A stretch of 64,000 nt of DNA from Takakia lepidozioides. Taxonomy: Eukaryota; Plantae; Bryophyta. The translations under genes and the position numbers were made by a program. Below the pieces are notes generated by a model that saw nothing but the letters and a program-made list of their open reading frames with translations, did not search any database and was not told where the DNA came from. Each line of letters starts with the position of its first letter. Position 1 is the first letter of the stretch. The DNA is taken from positions 14,074,001 through 14,138,000 of the forward strand of contig CM060734.1 of NCBI GenBank assembly GCA_030704615.1, given 5' to 3'. Shown piece after piece: positions 48,761 through 62,895 of the stretch.

Positions 48761-50817
48761 GATCAAACTTCGTCGATGATTGACAAGCCCGATAATCCCG
48801 CTCAAAGATCTGACCTCTCTCGAGTGGACTTCCTCAAAATTCCATGCCACAAGGTGCGATATCTTCCACGTGCTGTAAATGGCGACGTCTTGTATGAATT
48901 GTCGTCTGTGCCGGCGAAACGCTTCGGCTACGCTGGCACACTTGAAGGGATGGACCGCCGAAACTCAGGACACCCGTGGTCAAAGACAAGGACCACCAAT
49001 GTGTGCGTTCCTGGGTTGACGAAATCTGAGGGTGCAGTCGGGTACTAGTGATTTAACTGTCATGTGTGATTGCTCTGGAGGTAAGTTCCGCATGAAACTG
49101 ACCCTCTTCCTTCTCTTTAGTCTTGCATTTGACAATGACTGAATTTTGAGGTTGGTACCTTAGTTCTGCACGGAACTGCGGGTTCAGTTTCGCGCACGAT
49201 TCCGATCACTCTGGAATTGTCCAGTTTCGGTAAGGACATTCAATGGAGCTGTAAAAGTTCATGGGTTGACGATATCTGAGAGTGTAGTCAGGTACAAGTT
49301 ATTTAACTTTCATGCGTTTTGCTGTGGAGACCAGTTCCGCACGGAACTGACCCTCTTCCTTCTCTGTAGTCTTGCATATGACCATGACTGTATTTGAGGT
49401 TGGTACCTTAGTTCCGCACGGAACTGAGGGTTTAGTTTCGTTCACGATTCCGATCACATACTCGAGAATTGTCGGGTTTCAATAAGGACACTCAATGGAG
49501 CTGTAAGAGTTCTACGCGGATTTATTTATTTATTTTTGTCATTTTGTGAAATCACTTATATTCGCACTCAATTGTTGCGGTCTTTTGCAGGTACGTTGTC
49601 TGTCCGGGGGGCTTGACATGCACCTCAAAGTCCTGCCTTCACCTCAAGAGGCATAAAGTTCCAAACCAGATACACTGGTAGGGAACACACACACGAGCGT
49701 TCGATATTGATGTGCAGGTTCCACCAGGGACGGTTGTGTGTGCTATATGTGGTGAGCGACCTTCGTGCATGAGCACTTAAGACGCAAAAATGTACTTCAT
49801 TCTTGGGCCTGAGACAATGACTAAAGCCGATGTGCATGTCGGAACACACCTACACCCGTTAGCGAAGGGGGCTTCAAGTGAATTCATCGACAGAGCCAAG
49901 TCTGTTGTGAAGGAGGAAATCAACCGGTCCCCTAGAGCCTCACCAAAGACAATTCAACTGCAAGCAGCAAAAACGATTGTCCTTGATTGCATCCTATCGA
50001 AAGACGGGGAAGAGAGGTGCAAAATGGACGACGAGGAGATGGACGGGCTTCTGGAAGCCGTCTCCCACGTTGCAAATCCTAGTTTCATGAACTTGGTGCG
50101 GAGGGAGAAGATCAATGCAGGCCACAAGACGGATGTGCTTACCAATATACTCACCTTCAAGAAGACTTGCGACTACGATTTCATTCACTCGAGCTGGTTT
50201 CCTAGCCAGGGAGGCGATGACGACCGTTGTTTCCTCTTCAAAATGTCCACCAACGGACCAGGCAGTGGGATGCACCTTGTGGACATGATGAATGTAGGCG
50301 GTGAGCTGGAGACTTAATGGGTCATGTTTGATCATGTGAAGCGAGTTCAAGGGTGGAGTACTCTTGCTTGTCATGTGTATGAACTGCACTACCAGAAGCT
50401 CATGACAATCGCTATTTGTGATATGAAAGGAGAGGACACAAAGCCGCAAATGCTGTTTTGGGAGGCCATCAATAAACAGATGGCCCAGGCAGGAAAGAAA
50501 CGTCCACATTTCCGTGGTTCATGGCGGATGGAGCGGGGGCCAACTGGGCAACGATTCGTCTAGTGTACGGCACGGAGGGGAAGGATGTTCATCTGGCTGA
50601 CAGGGAGAGAACGTGCTCATTCCACTCGGCACAAAGTTGGGGAAAGCACACAGTCGATCATATACGAGATAGCTTCCGAGTCCAGCACATGACCCTCTGT
50701 AATGCGTGGAAGGATGCAACCTATACTGCATATGCCATTCTTCGAGCATAGTGGACAAGTAGCGGTGCAGCACAGTTGGTCGACCTTCCAGGGCTGGAGA
50801 GTTGGTTCGTTTGGTGG
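48761..50817 (+). pseudogene. Diverged paralogue of the Mutator-like GCM/DDE transposase, truncated at both ends
   Basis: GMDRRNSGHPW, YVVCPGGLTC, HVGTHLHP, MFDHVKRV, MADGAGANW, CSFH, WWH. Intron GT49042..AG49590 contains a ~250-bp tandem duplication. Confidence 0.82.
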
Positions 50818-51540
50818 CACTACAACAGATGAGCGTTTTTATGACTTCACATATGACTATTTTTTCAGTCTTATATGCGTTCATGACTACATCACTCTGT
50901 AGTGAAAAAAGCCCTGTCATAGCGACTAGTCTTTAGGACTGCGTTTTGCAAGTCATATCCATGACTGCTTGCGTGGCACCTGGAGTCCTGCTGCAGAGAG
51001 GGTTGCAGTCACAACTATATGACTAATATATGACTACATTGTCTGTTGAGCGCTGCCTACATGGAGAGGCTTTAGCGGGACACGTGCGCCACTGCGCAAG
51101 CGACACGTCATGCATTCGTCAGGGGATCATATGACTATATGTCTGCAAAGTGATGCCTACATGGAGAGGCGACGGATGGACACGTGCGCCACTGCGAATT
51201 TGACATGTCACGACTTCTTGCCATGATCATATGACTACATGTCTGCACAGTGATGCCTACATGGAGAGGCGCTAGCGAGACACGTGTGCTATGGCAGATT
51301 TCACACGTGGTGACTACATGACTCGCTCATATGACTACATGGATGTCTACATGGAGAGATATTAGCGGGACACCTGTTGCACTTGAGATGTGACATGTGG
51401 CACACAGACAAAATATATGACTAGCATATATGACTACGGATCTTTACACGTGGTGAAAATATGGATAAAGAATGTCGTGTCATATACTGCCACGTGTTCT
51501 GGTTTGAGCAAGAGTGATGCCACGTGTCATCAAGATTGTT
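50818..51540. mobile_element. CACTA terminus (CACTACAACAG...) with subterminal ATATGACTA/TAGTCATAT and CACGTG repeats
   Basis: CACTACAA at 50818 interrupts the MULE-like ORF exactly at WWH. It is followed by dense short direct and inverted subterminal repeats. The partner TIR was not found. Confidence 0.8.
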
Positions 51541-52009
51541 TTCCGAAATAGTTTATATTTTTAATGTTCATATTTTAATTTTTAATTTTAATTTAATATT
51601 TAAAAGAACAGGGAGATTGCAGACTTGGATTTTTTTTAATGGTATTATTTTTAATATTATTATTTAAAATGAAAGTGAATTAAATGATTTAAAATCTTCA
51701 TTACATGGTGAAATTCCAACATGAAAACAGAATGGATCCCTCCTGCATACTATCAACCACAAGGAGAATGTAAATAGTCAACTACAGGGCAATACAAGCC
51801 CTATAAATCACATTACAAAAATCCAAATGAGACCAATATCCCAATGGACACCTCAAAAGCCACAAGGTCAAAAAACCCATGCCTCAAAAGGCCCAGCCAA
51901 AAACAAGCAAGCCCACACATGGGCTGAATTGTTGTAGCTAGTATGTTCTAGTGCTATTAGAATCAAGAACTCTGTTAAACAGTGCAATACTGACTATCCC
52001 TTCCGCAGC

Positions 52010-53750
52010 TCCATAAGTTTCAGTAACTTTAGATTCCAAAGTGTTGTCTGGCCAACCACCTGCCCCAACTCGGTCTATTTCCTAACACCATTCACATATG
52101 GTAGAGGGGTGTTATTGACACATGCCTCTTTGATGTACACACAGGCATAATCAAGGGGCACAACAGGGTACCCGTAACCCACCACAGCACCTTGAAGAGC
52201 AACAATCAACCCTATTCCACATTTCTTGCGTTTGGAGTTCACATCCAACAGCCGAACCTCGTCACCCACCCTGAACTGTGATCCCAACTCCACACAAAAA
52301 AGAACACGATGTGAAAACCCATGATATACACACGACTAGGACACTCAACATTTGCGAGTTAAAGAGAGCCCCAAGGTTGGAAAAAATATAACAGACAAGA
52401 CAACGGCCTGGACTTACTCCATTTGCAGTCTCTAGTGGTGGTGAGACCTCTTTTGGGGGGCTACTCGCCGGGTGGACACTCTTGCCCCTCGTCTGTACCG
52501 GCTTGTCGACAATATCACCTTTGTTTGTCACAAGTTCCTATGTCACAGACCAGAGATCAACTAGGAAAGCAATGAGCAAACATGAATAATGAATAGAAAC
52601 AAAATCCAAGTATGAATCAAACAAAAAAAACCAACATGAAAAGCTGCAAAGAAAACCTAGCATTAATCAAGCAACCGAGGAGAAGCATCCAGGAAAGCAA
52701 TGCAATGAATGAACCCACAAAAATGTAGCCTCTGGAGCACTGTCAGAATGTTTGTACCTTCACAGTAGCACTGTTGTATGGTTGTTGTCCGAAAACAGGC
52801 TGAGACTCCAAAAACTTGGGAATACTGGCAGCTTTCGATGCCTTCCACAAGAAAGGCCACAACACCTCTGTTAGATACTCATCAGTTGGTGAATCTGGTT
52901 GCACCTTTCATGGCTCTGGAAAAATCCCACTGAAGGGAGGATTGTTTGCCGCCTTTCTTGGTGTGTCGTCAACAAGAACAATGTCAGCTGGTAAATCTGA
53001 CTGAAACGGACACTAGCGAGTATAGTGTTTAGTGGATTTACAAATCATGCAAACAGGCAAAGAAGCCTTGTTCACATACCTTTGACTGCTTGAGGCTTGC
53101 CACGAGAACCAGTAGGCTTGTTACCTTGAATATGTGGGCCATTAGAATCCGAGGGGCGTCTGGTTACTTCACTTTTCATGGCCAAAATTTGGTCCTGTAC
53201 CTCACTACAAAATTGGTGCAGCTCCTGTACAATGGCAGGAAGTAGCTCATATGTGCAAAGCTTCCCCCCTTCATGAGAATCAGAAACGTTAGTACCACAA
53301 GAGCTGGCCAATAATTGGGTAGCCTTGGCGGGGGAAGTGTAGGGTACACCAGCCTTTGCAGCTTTTAATCTAACCCTTTCTTCCAAGAGACCAACCATCT
53401 CGTCTTCATGATGATATTGTTGCTTCTGTAGAAAGACTCTCTCTGCTGGTGGCAAGCCCTTGATGAAACAATGTTTCAGAATGGCAGTCCGTTCAATAGG
53501 GTCGTCAACGACCTTACACACCGCTGTGCGAAGATCAGTGTAATATTTCCATAAACTGTCACCAGGGACGAATGTTAGTTCGGGTACAGTGTAGGCTATG
53601 GGCTTGGCCTCTCGAAACAATCTTCCTGCCAATGCTTTTGCTTCTTCCCAAGGCAGCTTGGTCTTACCCTTGATGCTGGATTCAAAAATCTTACGAGCCT
53701 CGCCTTTCAGGCATACCCGGAAAGCCTTAACAACAAAACGAGATGGCACG
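52010..53750 (-). pseudogene. Spliced gene: retrotransposon gag-like exon plus a CACTA TnpA C-terminal-like domain
   Basis: FRVCLKGEARKIF...WEEAK...F...PGDSLWKYY.....HCFIKGLP (gag capsid-like) ends at a GTATGT donor (~53079). Downstream exon RVGDEVRLL...G.I...VPLDYACVYI....NTPLPY...LGQVVGQTTLW. Confidence 0.5.
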
Positions 53751-55675
53751 GCTCAGCGCATCCCATTTTCAGTGCTCAAACGCCGGATGAGTGTTGGTGA
53801 ACGATTCAGCTGGGCGGAAATAGGTGTTCCTAAGTTTACAGTTTCCCGTGAGCTTGGCCGTGATTTGGAGAGCTTCTTGCATCCCAACAGGCCTAGTCCT
53901 TTGAGGCTCTGGTAATTTGTCAAGGGTGGCACGGCTATTGTGTTTGCCAATCTTCGTGAGGCCAAGGTTGCTACGGCTGCTGTTGACCCGACCTGGGAAG
54001 AGGTAGTCATCGGGGTGCTTGAGCAGCGCTTTTCTCATTGTGCCACGGACGTAGTGATCTTCCCTAGCAAAAGCTTCAAATACGAATGCGTGGGGCTCAG
54101 TCAGGTGGAGGAAGCCGCGGAATACCCTCCCCATACCCTGATTGTCAAAGAACGCATCATCCGCTCCTTCGCCAAAGTCTCATTTTGGCTCAAGTCAGAC
54201 CGGGAAGTCTAGGATCAGTTGGGTGAGGCGGTCTACCTTTTGTCCAAACGCAAATACATCAGTTGCCACTGTGTGGCGAATTGGGAGGAGTTCCTTCAAG
54301 CTCCAGCAGATCGGAGGTAAGCTGTATTGGTCCTGCCCATGTCTGTCTACACTAGGGTCATGCTGGAAAATGAAGCTGAAGAGATGGTAGGATTGAGTGA
54401 ACTTGAAGCTAGAAGAGAGAGAGAATTAGCTGCTGACAATAATGAGATCTCTCAAACTGAAGAATCTATTGATCAGGGAGGGATAGCAAAGGATAAGGTC
54501 ACTCAGGAGCCAGCTCTTGATGTGGAGGAGCTTTGTGAGGCCATGGGTGTAGTATCCAATTGTCCGCCTTTAATGAAAATGTTGATTCAGCAAAATACCC
54601 CTGTGTCTATTGCTGGTAAACCCCATGACTACTCAGAGAAAATCCCTACCCTGATTTTAACTTAGGGGATGATTTTGAATCGTTTTTGGAATTCTTTGAT
54701 ATCAGTAGGGAGATCAATATCCTCCGCGTGCAGTTCCTGCAACAATTTCCCAGCCCAAGCCCCCTGCAGTGCTTCGTCCACTTTGCGCTTTTGCTCACGT
54801 TTTTGAGTGGCAGTGGTTGTAATTTTGGCAGCCTCCTCAACAACCTCCTCTTCAAACTTGGCAATCCAGTAGTCAGAGGGAGTGTCCAGAACGATTTCTT
54901 CATGTGTCCATGCTTCCTTGTTATCAACAGGAGCGTATTTGCAGATATCTTCGCTTAGACGGACTCGTAATTCATGCAAAAAGGTAAGCTCAAAGTTGAG
55001 TTCAGGAGTAATCTCAGGAAACAGCGGCTCAGTGGGAAGGAGACGCCATCGTGCACAGCAGACAAAATCAAGACAAGTTTGCACAAACCAAAAACAAAAA
55101 CGACGAAGCAAGGAGTGTAAGCCGCTGCCATTGCGCTTGCTAACGGCTGTACCTTATGCTCCTGCACAACATCAACATCTGAAAATCATTAGTTCATACA
55201 TCCATAACAACAGATACAATGCCCCCCATCTCCACCAAGATTCCGGGGCCGGGGATATATTCCCCTTTTAGTCCGGTATTATCCACCTCATCTAATCTAA
55301 TCCTAATCTAACTGTTAACTAAAGACAACATCAACTTAATATAGCCAGCTATACCGGCACATAATGCGTAACGGCTACTCTGCCACCATCCATCCAGGAT
55401 TAACTGTGAGTTTCATCCATCGCGTCATTCATTACTTTGAGCGTCACCATCCTGCTCCATCCGCTATTTCATTCATCCATGCCCAAAAGCAAGCAGGTCG
55501 GAATCTCCACATCACATGCACACACACCGTATTCGGTGAATTAATTTAAAAAAATATATTAAATAAACTGGAGACTGGGCCTGTGAACTTTATTTAATTT
55601 AATTTTTTCTTACTTCAAGAACCAATTTTTATTTCTTTTTTAAGAAAAAGGAAAGAGCCACCGCTCAAAAATCAG

Positions 55676-58350
55676 TTTTTTTTTTTTTTTGTTTTGTTTT
55701 GTTTGGGGTTAAAAGGGGACAGAGACCCTCTGGAAAATACTGATAGAGAATGACTAACAGACATGCAGAGATGAACAGTGGAGGTTCATGATCTTTAAAC
55801 AACATGCTTGTTAGGTCTTTATTAATCAAGGGAAAAATAACCTTGGACATGCCATGAAGGCTGATAGATGAGACCTAGCTTTGAACAAATATCAGGGAGA
55901 TAGTGGGGGGGAAGCTACAGAAGTGTAGAAACTTCAGGGCGATGGTAAGCTGAAGAGGAAGGCCTCAGAGAAGGGGCCAAGAACAGAGGACGGGGAAATG
56001 AAGATGGCTACGGGATGCTAGGAGAGATCTGCTAGCAAAGCAACGGAAGAATTTATAGAGTCTACAAGCTGCCTCTCTTGCGCTTGGGATGCTCGAAGGA
56101 GAGCTGCACTTTGGACTTCCCTTTCCTAGAATTGGTGCGCCTGTGGCGCCAGTTCACTTCCGGCTCCTCACCATCAGTCGGAGAATGTTTCCCGCTAATC
56201 GAACTTCCAGCAGGCAGGGAGGCCATCGTGCCAGAGGACTTGGGCATCTGTAACGCGCCTGCAGAAGATGTCTCCATATCCCCAGGAACTGTCGAAGCTC
56301 GAGAGAAGTTGAAATCGTCTCCTGTCCCCACACCTCCGAAGAGCTGCAACCACCACCAACCATGCTTTCCTTGCCTCAGACAACATGTCTGAGTGAATCC
56401 TGTGAATCACCTTCCTAATGCAATGGGGGTCACCATTAAACAAGAGGGAGCAGCTCATTTTCCAAATATGCGAGAGAGCCATAGCCCTTAGCTTATCCCA
56501 AATAGGGCAGATTTTGAATAACCGCCCATCGTGCACATTGAGCAAAACTATGGAAGGAGAAAATCGCAAATTAGAATCCCATGAGGAGTAGAGCGAAGCA
56601 GCTAGCTGCCAGACCCTGGAAGCAAAAGGACAATGGAACAAACAATGTTCGATTGTCTCAGACACCTGCAAGAGCATGTGATGCAATTCGAAGGTGGAAC
56701 AGATTCAAAAACAGTGGAGACTGGCAGGATTCGGTTCACTAGTTTCCAGAGGAAGGAAGAGGTTTTAGTCGAGCGACTTTTCCTCCAAACATCTTTCCAG
56801 ACAGAATTCCAAGGGATCGGGTGTTGACCCCCAACATGACTCCATTTCGCTAACCATTTACGATCCATAGATTGGCGGGGCATGAGCAACCTGTAGCCAA
56901 GCTTCACCTTATAGGCAAAGAAGGGATCGTGTTTTTTGGACATCCACATCCATTCGCCCGGGTCGAATTGTAGCAGTTTGACATGGGCATTAAGGAACCA
57001 GATTGAATTGCACTTATCCCCAACTCGAAGGTCCTGTGGTGGATGAGGATTAATTTGTCCCGATAGCGAGCAGATTACCCTGATAGCAAAGAAGTTAGAA
57101 CTGCAAGGGAGAAGCTCAAACCCTGCGAAGGCCAAAGAGCCATCAGATGCAACTGAAAAGGAGAGACCATTCAAGATGGAATCCAGCTGATTGAAGGCAA
57201 AGAACGTTCTGGAAGAGGAGAGGTCGTTGAACCCGAGCCAGGCAGGAAAGGAGCGATTATGCGGGTTCGAAAGCAGATCCGTCCATTGAGCCGGAAGATT
57301 TCCCATGACCGCTGCCAGCCTGCAGCAATGCGTCTACCAGAGAATTCGAGGGCAGCGGTCTGCTGGGAAATGATGGAGGATGATTCATGGTCCCAGAAAT
57401 GCAACATATGGGAGAGACCCGCTCTGTCCCAGTGAGCCAGCGAATTAGGGACTCACAGTCCCGATTGTAGTTCCCAAAGAGGGGCTGACGAAGCACCTCA
57501 TCGAATGATTTAGGGCAAGTTTGCACCAAAGACGGCCGCAGCTGGCACTAGGCATGCCAGATTGATTGCCATGCAAGGGAGCCCACTTTACCTTTAGCAG
57601 TGGAGCAATCGCCTTTGAACTACCCATCTAAGCGAGTTGCCCCAGATGTCACTGTAAACTGGCTTGGCAGCAGCAAGATGGATCCTAACCAGCAAGCTCC
57701 ATGGGCTTCGCAGATTGGAAAAAGCCTGAGGAACCCATTTGGTTAGGAGGGCTAGAATTTGCGCCTGAGGATCAAGAACCCCGAGACCCCCATTAGACTT
57801 CTTCTGACAGAGCTGCTTGGACAGCTAACCAATGCACGTTTCCTGGGAACAGATGGAGATGCTCCCCAAATAAAATTGTATGTCATGGTCTTGATCTATA
57901 TGATGAAACAGGAGCCCAGGGACCAGACTGAGGCATTAAACCAAGTAGATGCAAGCAATACTTGATTTGCCACCAGAGCACGAGCAGCCATGGACAGGTG
58001 AAGAGAGCTCCAGTGCGTAAAACTCCTCTTAAGCTTGGACAGGACTGGGCTGATCCTCTGGAGGTCCGAGAGGTCATGCCCGATCTGATGCCCCAACAAA
58101 GTATGTGCTTGTCCATCGCAGAGCCAATTGAGACCTAGGTCATGACCCCAGGGAGGGGAAAGGCAGAGGTGGGATCTGAAAGCTTTGACAGAAGACCTAC
58201 AGATTTACTCCAATTCACCTTGAGACCAGAGGCGAGGCAGAAGCTAGATAAGGAACGAAGAGCCGACTGAACGTTGGAGGAAGAGCTGTTATCTAGAAGA
58301 AGCGTAGTGTCGTCTGCATACATAGAGGTAGTAATGGAACGCGGGAACTC
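55676..58350 (-). mobile_element. 5'-truncated L1/Tx1-type LINE (RT C-terminus, zf-RVT, poly-A tail)
   Basis: SMYADDTTL...SGLKVNWSKS; FLWKLVNRILPV...ETIEHCLFHCPFASRVW; poly-T at 55676-55690 on the + strand. Confidence 0.9.
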
Positions 58351-61349
58351 CAAATTCTGGCATGTGCATCATAGAAATTCAGCATCGTGGGGTTGCTTTG
58401 TGGTGAATGATGGTGGGCAAGTTGATTTGCAAAGACCCCAGTTGATGAGGTGCATCATGTGTCATTCTGCCACTCAAATGCGCAGCGAGGGGGGTTCGAC
58501 CCGCTCTCGGATAGGCATCGTGACTTACAATAAAGAGCATGGCACAACAACCATGAAGAAACACGTCACTGACCGAGAGTTATTGAAAGTTTAAGATTGC
58601 CAAGAAGGTCGTTGAGGGTGGACAACAAAGTGCCAAGAAGCGGAAAGGTGTGGCAGCCGGGGCCATCACTAATTTTTTTGGCTCCCAAAACCCTTACGAG
58701 AAGGAAGATGGAGCCCAACAACGTTTCAATGAGGACTTGGTATTGTACATGGCCAAAACTTACCAGCATGTGTCTTCTGTTGAAAATTTTTGGCTCAGAA
58801 GGATGATGCTCAGACAGGCTGGGAGGGTTCGATTTCCAAACCGCAAGCAATTTGTGGAGGAGGTTCTTCCTCAAATGGTGGCAACAACACTTGAGAGATA
58901 TGTGTTACCATCGTTTGCTGGCTACAGCTACATTCGATCTGTGGATGTCCCGATCAGGGTACGATACTTTTGTGTCGGTTGTGCACTTCTTGAATGAATC
59001 ATGGGAGCCCTGTCACATTACGATTGGCCTCTTTGAGACTCCAGAGACTATAGGACATGCCATGGCAATACAGTTGCGAGCACTCTTGTCAACTTATAAC
59101 TTGACAGACAAGATTATAACATTTGTGAAAGATGAGGGTGCGAACTTGAACAACCTTACTTATGCGCTTACCGGTGTCGTGTCATGTGATGGTTTGAGCT
59201 TGAATGTGCCATTTGTAGGGTCCTCCTTTGGTCATGCATTTTCCAAGGCATGTCAATATGCTACCAATGACATTAAGGTTGGGGCTAGTTTAAGGCACGT
59301 CAACTTGAAGACTGCCCAAGCTGCATTGCAAAAGACGATCATCTGGCCAAAGAAAAGTGGAGAAGGAAGACAGGAATGGGATAGGGCATGTAAAGATGCC
59401 GGCTTGCCATCTCGAAAATAAAAAACCCCGGGAAAAAACACGTTTTGCAAGTAAGGTAATCCTCTTTCAGGAGACCTTGGAGTTTCGTGAAGCTATTCAG
59501 TTGTATTGCTGTACCAGACAAACCTTGACCTTACAATCACGGATCCCATCATTTCAGACTTGGGCTGTGGCTTCCATTGTTGCTGACAGCTTAAAGAGAA
59601 AAAGGGTTTAAACGACGGAGGTCGTCTATGAGGGTGCCAGGCGATCGTCCCCAGTTCCAGTGGTGCACCAGGGCATACTGAACCAAACTCGAGGATATTG
59701 GCTATTGTCTGATGCGCTCAGTGGTGCTCTCACTATATGTACAAGGATGAAGTGTGAGACTTATCGTTTGGAGCACGTAGGGCGTCCTCCTCAAACTCGC
59801 CCTGATTTTGATGATGAATTGGTTCTTTTGCGTCTTGGCATGATGCGTGAGGTTGTTGTTGTTTTGGATCCTTTTATTTCCTTCGCTGTGAGATATTCAG
59901 CCACCAAGGGGCACAATATGCTTGCTATGATGTTGGATCCCAGGTACAAGACACTTGCAAGTATGATTGATTATAGTGGCAGAGACAATATGGCTGCCTT
60001 GGTATTAGAATATGACACTAAGCTACTGCTGCCATTACTTATCACTGCATATACACGGCTGAACCCTAACTTCGACCCCCAATGAGGAGGATTCCATCTT
60101 TGGGATGCCATTTTCCAGTGGAGATACTTTGAGAGCCATGTTAAAGAACGAGCTCAACTTGTTCCGTCGTGTAGCAGTGGATCCTAAGTTGGATGACCCT
60201 TTGGCATGGTGGAGGGCACATGAGACACAATTTCCCCATGTGGGTTTCATTGCTCGGTATTCCAGGATCTCAAATCGAAACTGAGCGAATTTTCAATATT
60301 GCTGGGGTTCTCACAAGCTTGCGTAGGTGTCATCTTGGCACTCAAAACTTGGACAAGCTAGTTGTTATCATGAAGAATTGGCCTACTGATCCTCGAGTTG
60401 GTTGTGTGGATCCGAAGGGTCCAATGATAATTAATACTTCATTCTCATATTTCCTACTTGCTGAGGAGGACCTTATCGAGGAGGCAGAAGCCGAGCTCAA
60501 TGACGACGACATGTTCGAGGGGATTGATGATGAAGCAGATTAGCACTCCGTCACGCTTTTATGGTTAGCATTATAATTTGCTCTTTAGAGCTCTTTATGT
60601 TAGCAAGAAACATATTGAAAAAAATATCATAGATGTTCATTGATCTGCCCATGACAATTAAGATTTGGCCTTCATGTTCTTTCATTAAGATTCAGATGTT
60701 AGTAACTAGATTGCATCTTCAGCCAACGATCTAATTTATGACAATCAGTTCTAGTATACAAGATCAGATGAATTATTTACAAGTGTGTTCACCATATCTC
60801 ATATGTGACCATTCCCACACATCAATGTGTTCTCTGTATTCACGATTATGGATTTACTACCCCCTTAAAAACATATTAAACCGGCAAGTGATACTAATAC
60901 TTAAAACGCTGCCGACCATTGCCCAAATTTACGCATCATACCTTAAAAGTACAAACTACTTAAGCACTTAGGAATACTAACTAACTTTATAATTACATTA
61001 GTATTAATATTACTAAGTGATTAGATAATATTTGATTTAATTAGTTAGTATCCCTCATCATTTGATAAGTTTTGTATAAATTTTACATGGACATGGCGCT
61101 CTTAAAAAAAGGTTGAAGAATTTTTTTTAAACCCCTGCCCCGGGTTGATTACAGTAGGTTATCATCCGTGTTTTGATTGTTATTGATATGTTGTCTAATA
61201 ATTTCAATAATGGGCTTGATTGATAACCCCTGGGTATGCAAAATCCTAAATAAATGTAGTATTGGTCTCCGGCGGGTATCTCCACAACCTCACACCGCCA
61301 ACACCTGGAACCAGCGGGTCATACAAAAGATAATAACCTCCCAACACTG
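58351..61349 (+). mobile_element. hAT transposon (BED-like finger, transposase, dimerisation domain) with right end
   Basis: RCIMCH...TTTMKKHV; TFDLWMS; VKDEGANL; KTRFASK; MLDPRYK; LGIPGSQIETERIF. The coding region ends at 60543. Terminal CAACACTG (reverse complement CAGTGTTG) at 61342-61349. Confidence 0.85.
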
Positions 61350-61542
61350 GTTATTTTCTCCTCTCACTATTGAGGGGCCTGATTGTGAGCTGTCGCTCCC
61401 AGGTGGTTCCCTTTTGTAAAAAAATGAACAAATAAAAGGGAACCTTTTGGAAACTTGGGAACTAGTCCATGAGAATAAGGATATGCTTCAGAGAATGAAT
61501 TGGCTTTCTGGGTTTGATTCATCCATCCAACTAACTTACTCT

Positions 61543-62382
61543 TTAATTATAGCACCTAATTAATTAGGAATATAATAGGAATAATGTAAGAACTTAATGC
61601 ACACGTGCAACATCTGACAGGATGGTACTCCGGTTTCCGGCCTGTCAAATCTTCCCCACCCTTTCTTGAGAGTGACATGGAACTAAAGGAGTGTCTACTC
61701 TAGTCAGGGTTACACTGGGTTACACGACTAGGTGTGTAACTCCACTTGTGGTTACATCGGTTACACGACGAGGTGTGTAACCCCACTCGGGGTTACACAG
61801 AATAGAGTGTAACTCCAGTTGGTGTAACCCACACTTGGTCTCGAAATTTGACGAAGTCCAAATGTGGCTAAGTATAAAATGGACTAACCAGAGTTACATG
61901 AGAAACCGGGGTTACATAGACACCAATTGGAGGGTTACATCGACCGGCGTTACACTACAAGAGCCTCCCATCAAGAATTGAACCCTAACCCACACTTGGT
62001 CTCGAAATTTGACTAAGTTAAGTATAAAATGGACTAACCAGAGTTACATGAGAAACCGGGGTTACATAGGGTTACACCAATTGGAGGGTTACATTGATTG
62101 GGGTTACACTACAAGAGTCTCCCATCAAGAATTGCACCCCAACCCTCGCCGCCTGCACCGCTATTACCTTACCATCACGCTACCCACCACAGCCTGCAAC
62201 CCACTCGGATTCTTAAGTATTTAATAGTGAAACCAAGGTAAGACGGGGTGGGGAGGATTTGACAGGGCCCCCCCCCGCCAGAGTAGCCCATGCTGGGGGG
62301 CGAAAGTACCGTCAGATCACACGCGTCCATTAAGTTCTTACATTATTCCTATTATCTTCCAATTAATTACATGCAAAATTAA
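61543..62382. mobile_element. MITE/foldback-like non-autonomous element with long imperfect TIRs
   Basis: ATAATAGGAATAATGTAAGAACTTAATG is mirrored by CATTAAGTTCTTACATTATTCCTATTAT. CCTGTCAAATC(T/C)TCCCCACCC is also mirrored. Internal GGGTTACAC repeats and a ~160-bp duplication. Confidence 0.8.
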
Positions 62383-62895
62383 CCAGACCTTCTCAATAGA
62401 TGAAACATCCACTTTTTCAGTTGAGCATCCGGTTGTCATCTATTGTTCAACTGATTAATTTCATCCAAGACGTTTGAAGAGTCTCTCGGGACGCAGAGTA
62501 TGGGTCGAGGAAGAGCAAGTGGCGGAGGCAGAGAAGATGAAGAAGATGAAGAAGACGGAGGTGCTGATCAGGCGGAGATTATCCGCCCTCATGTACAAGG
62601 ATGTTCTTAGAGTCTCTTGTGGACCGTGCAGAAATCGAAAGGAACGACATTGTACCGAAAAAATCATGTGTAATCACATCTAGCTCTTCTATAACTCTCT
62701 TCTGCATTGCGAGCGTCATCTCTGTCTTGCTGCCAGATCCAGGACTGAGATCTTAAGGCCTTGAATGAAATTGTTTCGGGTTTGAGAAACAATTCAACCC
62801 ACAAACTTGTGTAATGCAAGCTGAATTTGTTGGGCTATTTAGTGCATTGGCTGGATCTGACACTCTGGAGCCGTGTTGTCACTATTCTGTTAATG

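Noticed and set aside
54142-55271. ORFs of 80-150 aa on both strands
   Set aside because: No recognisable motifs; likely decayed TE sequence.
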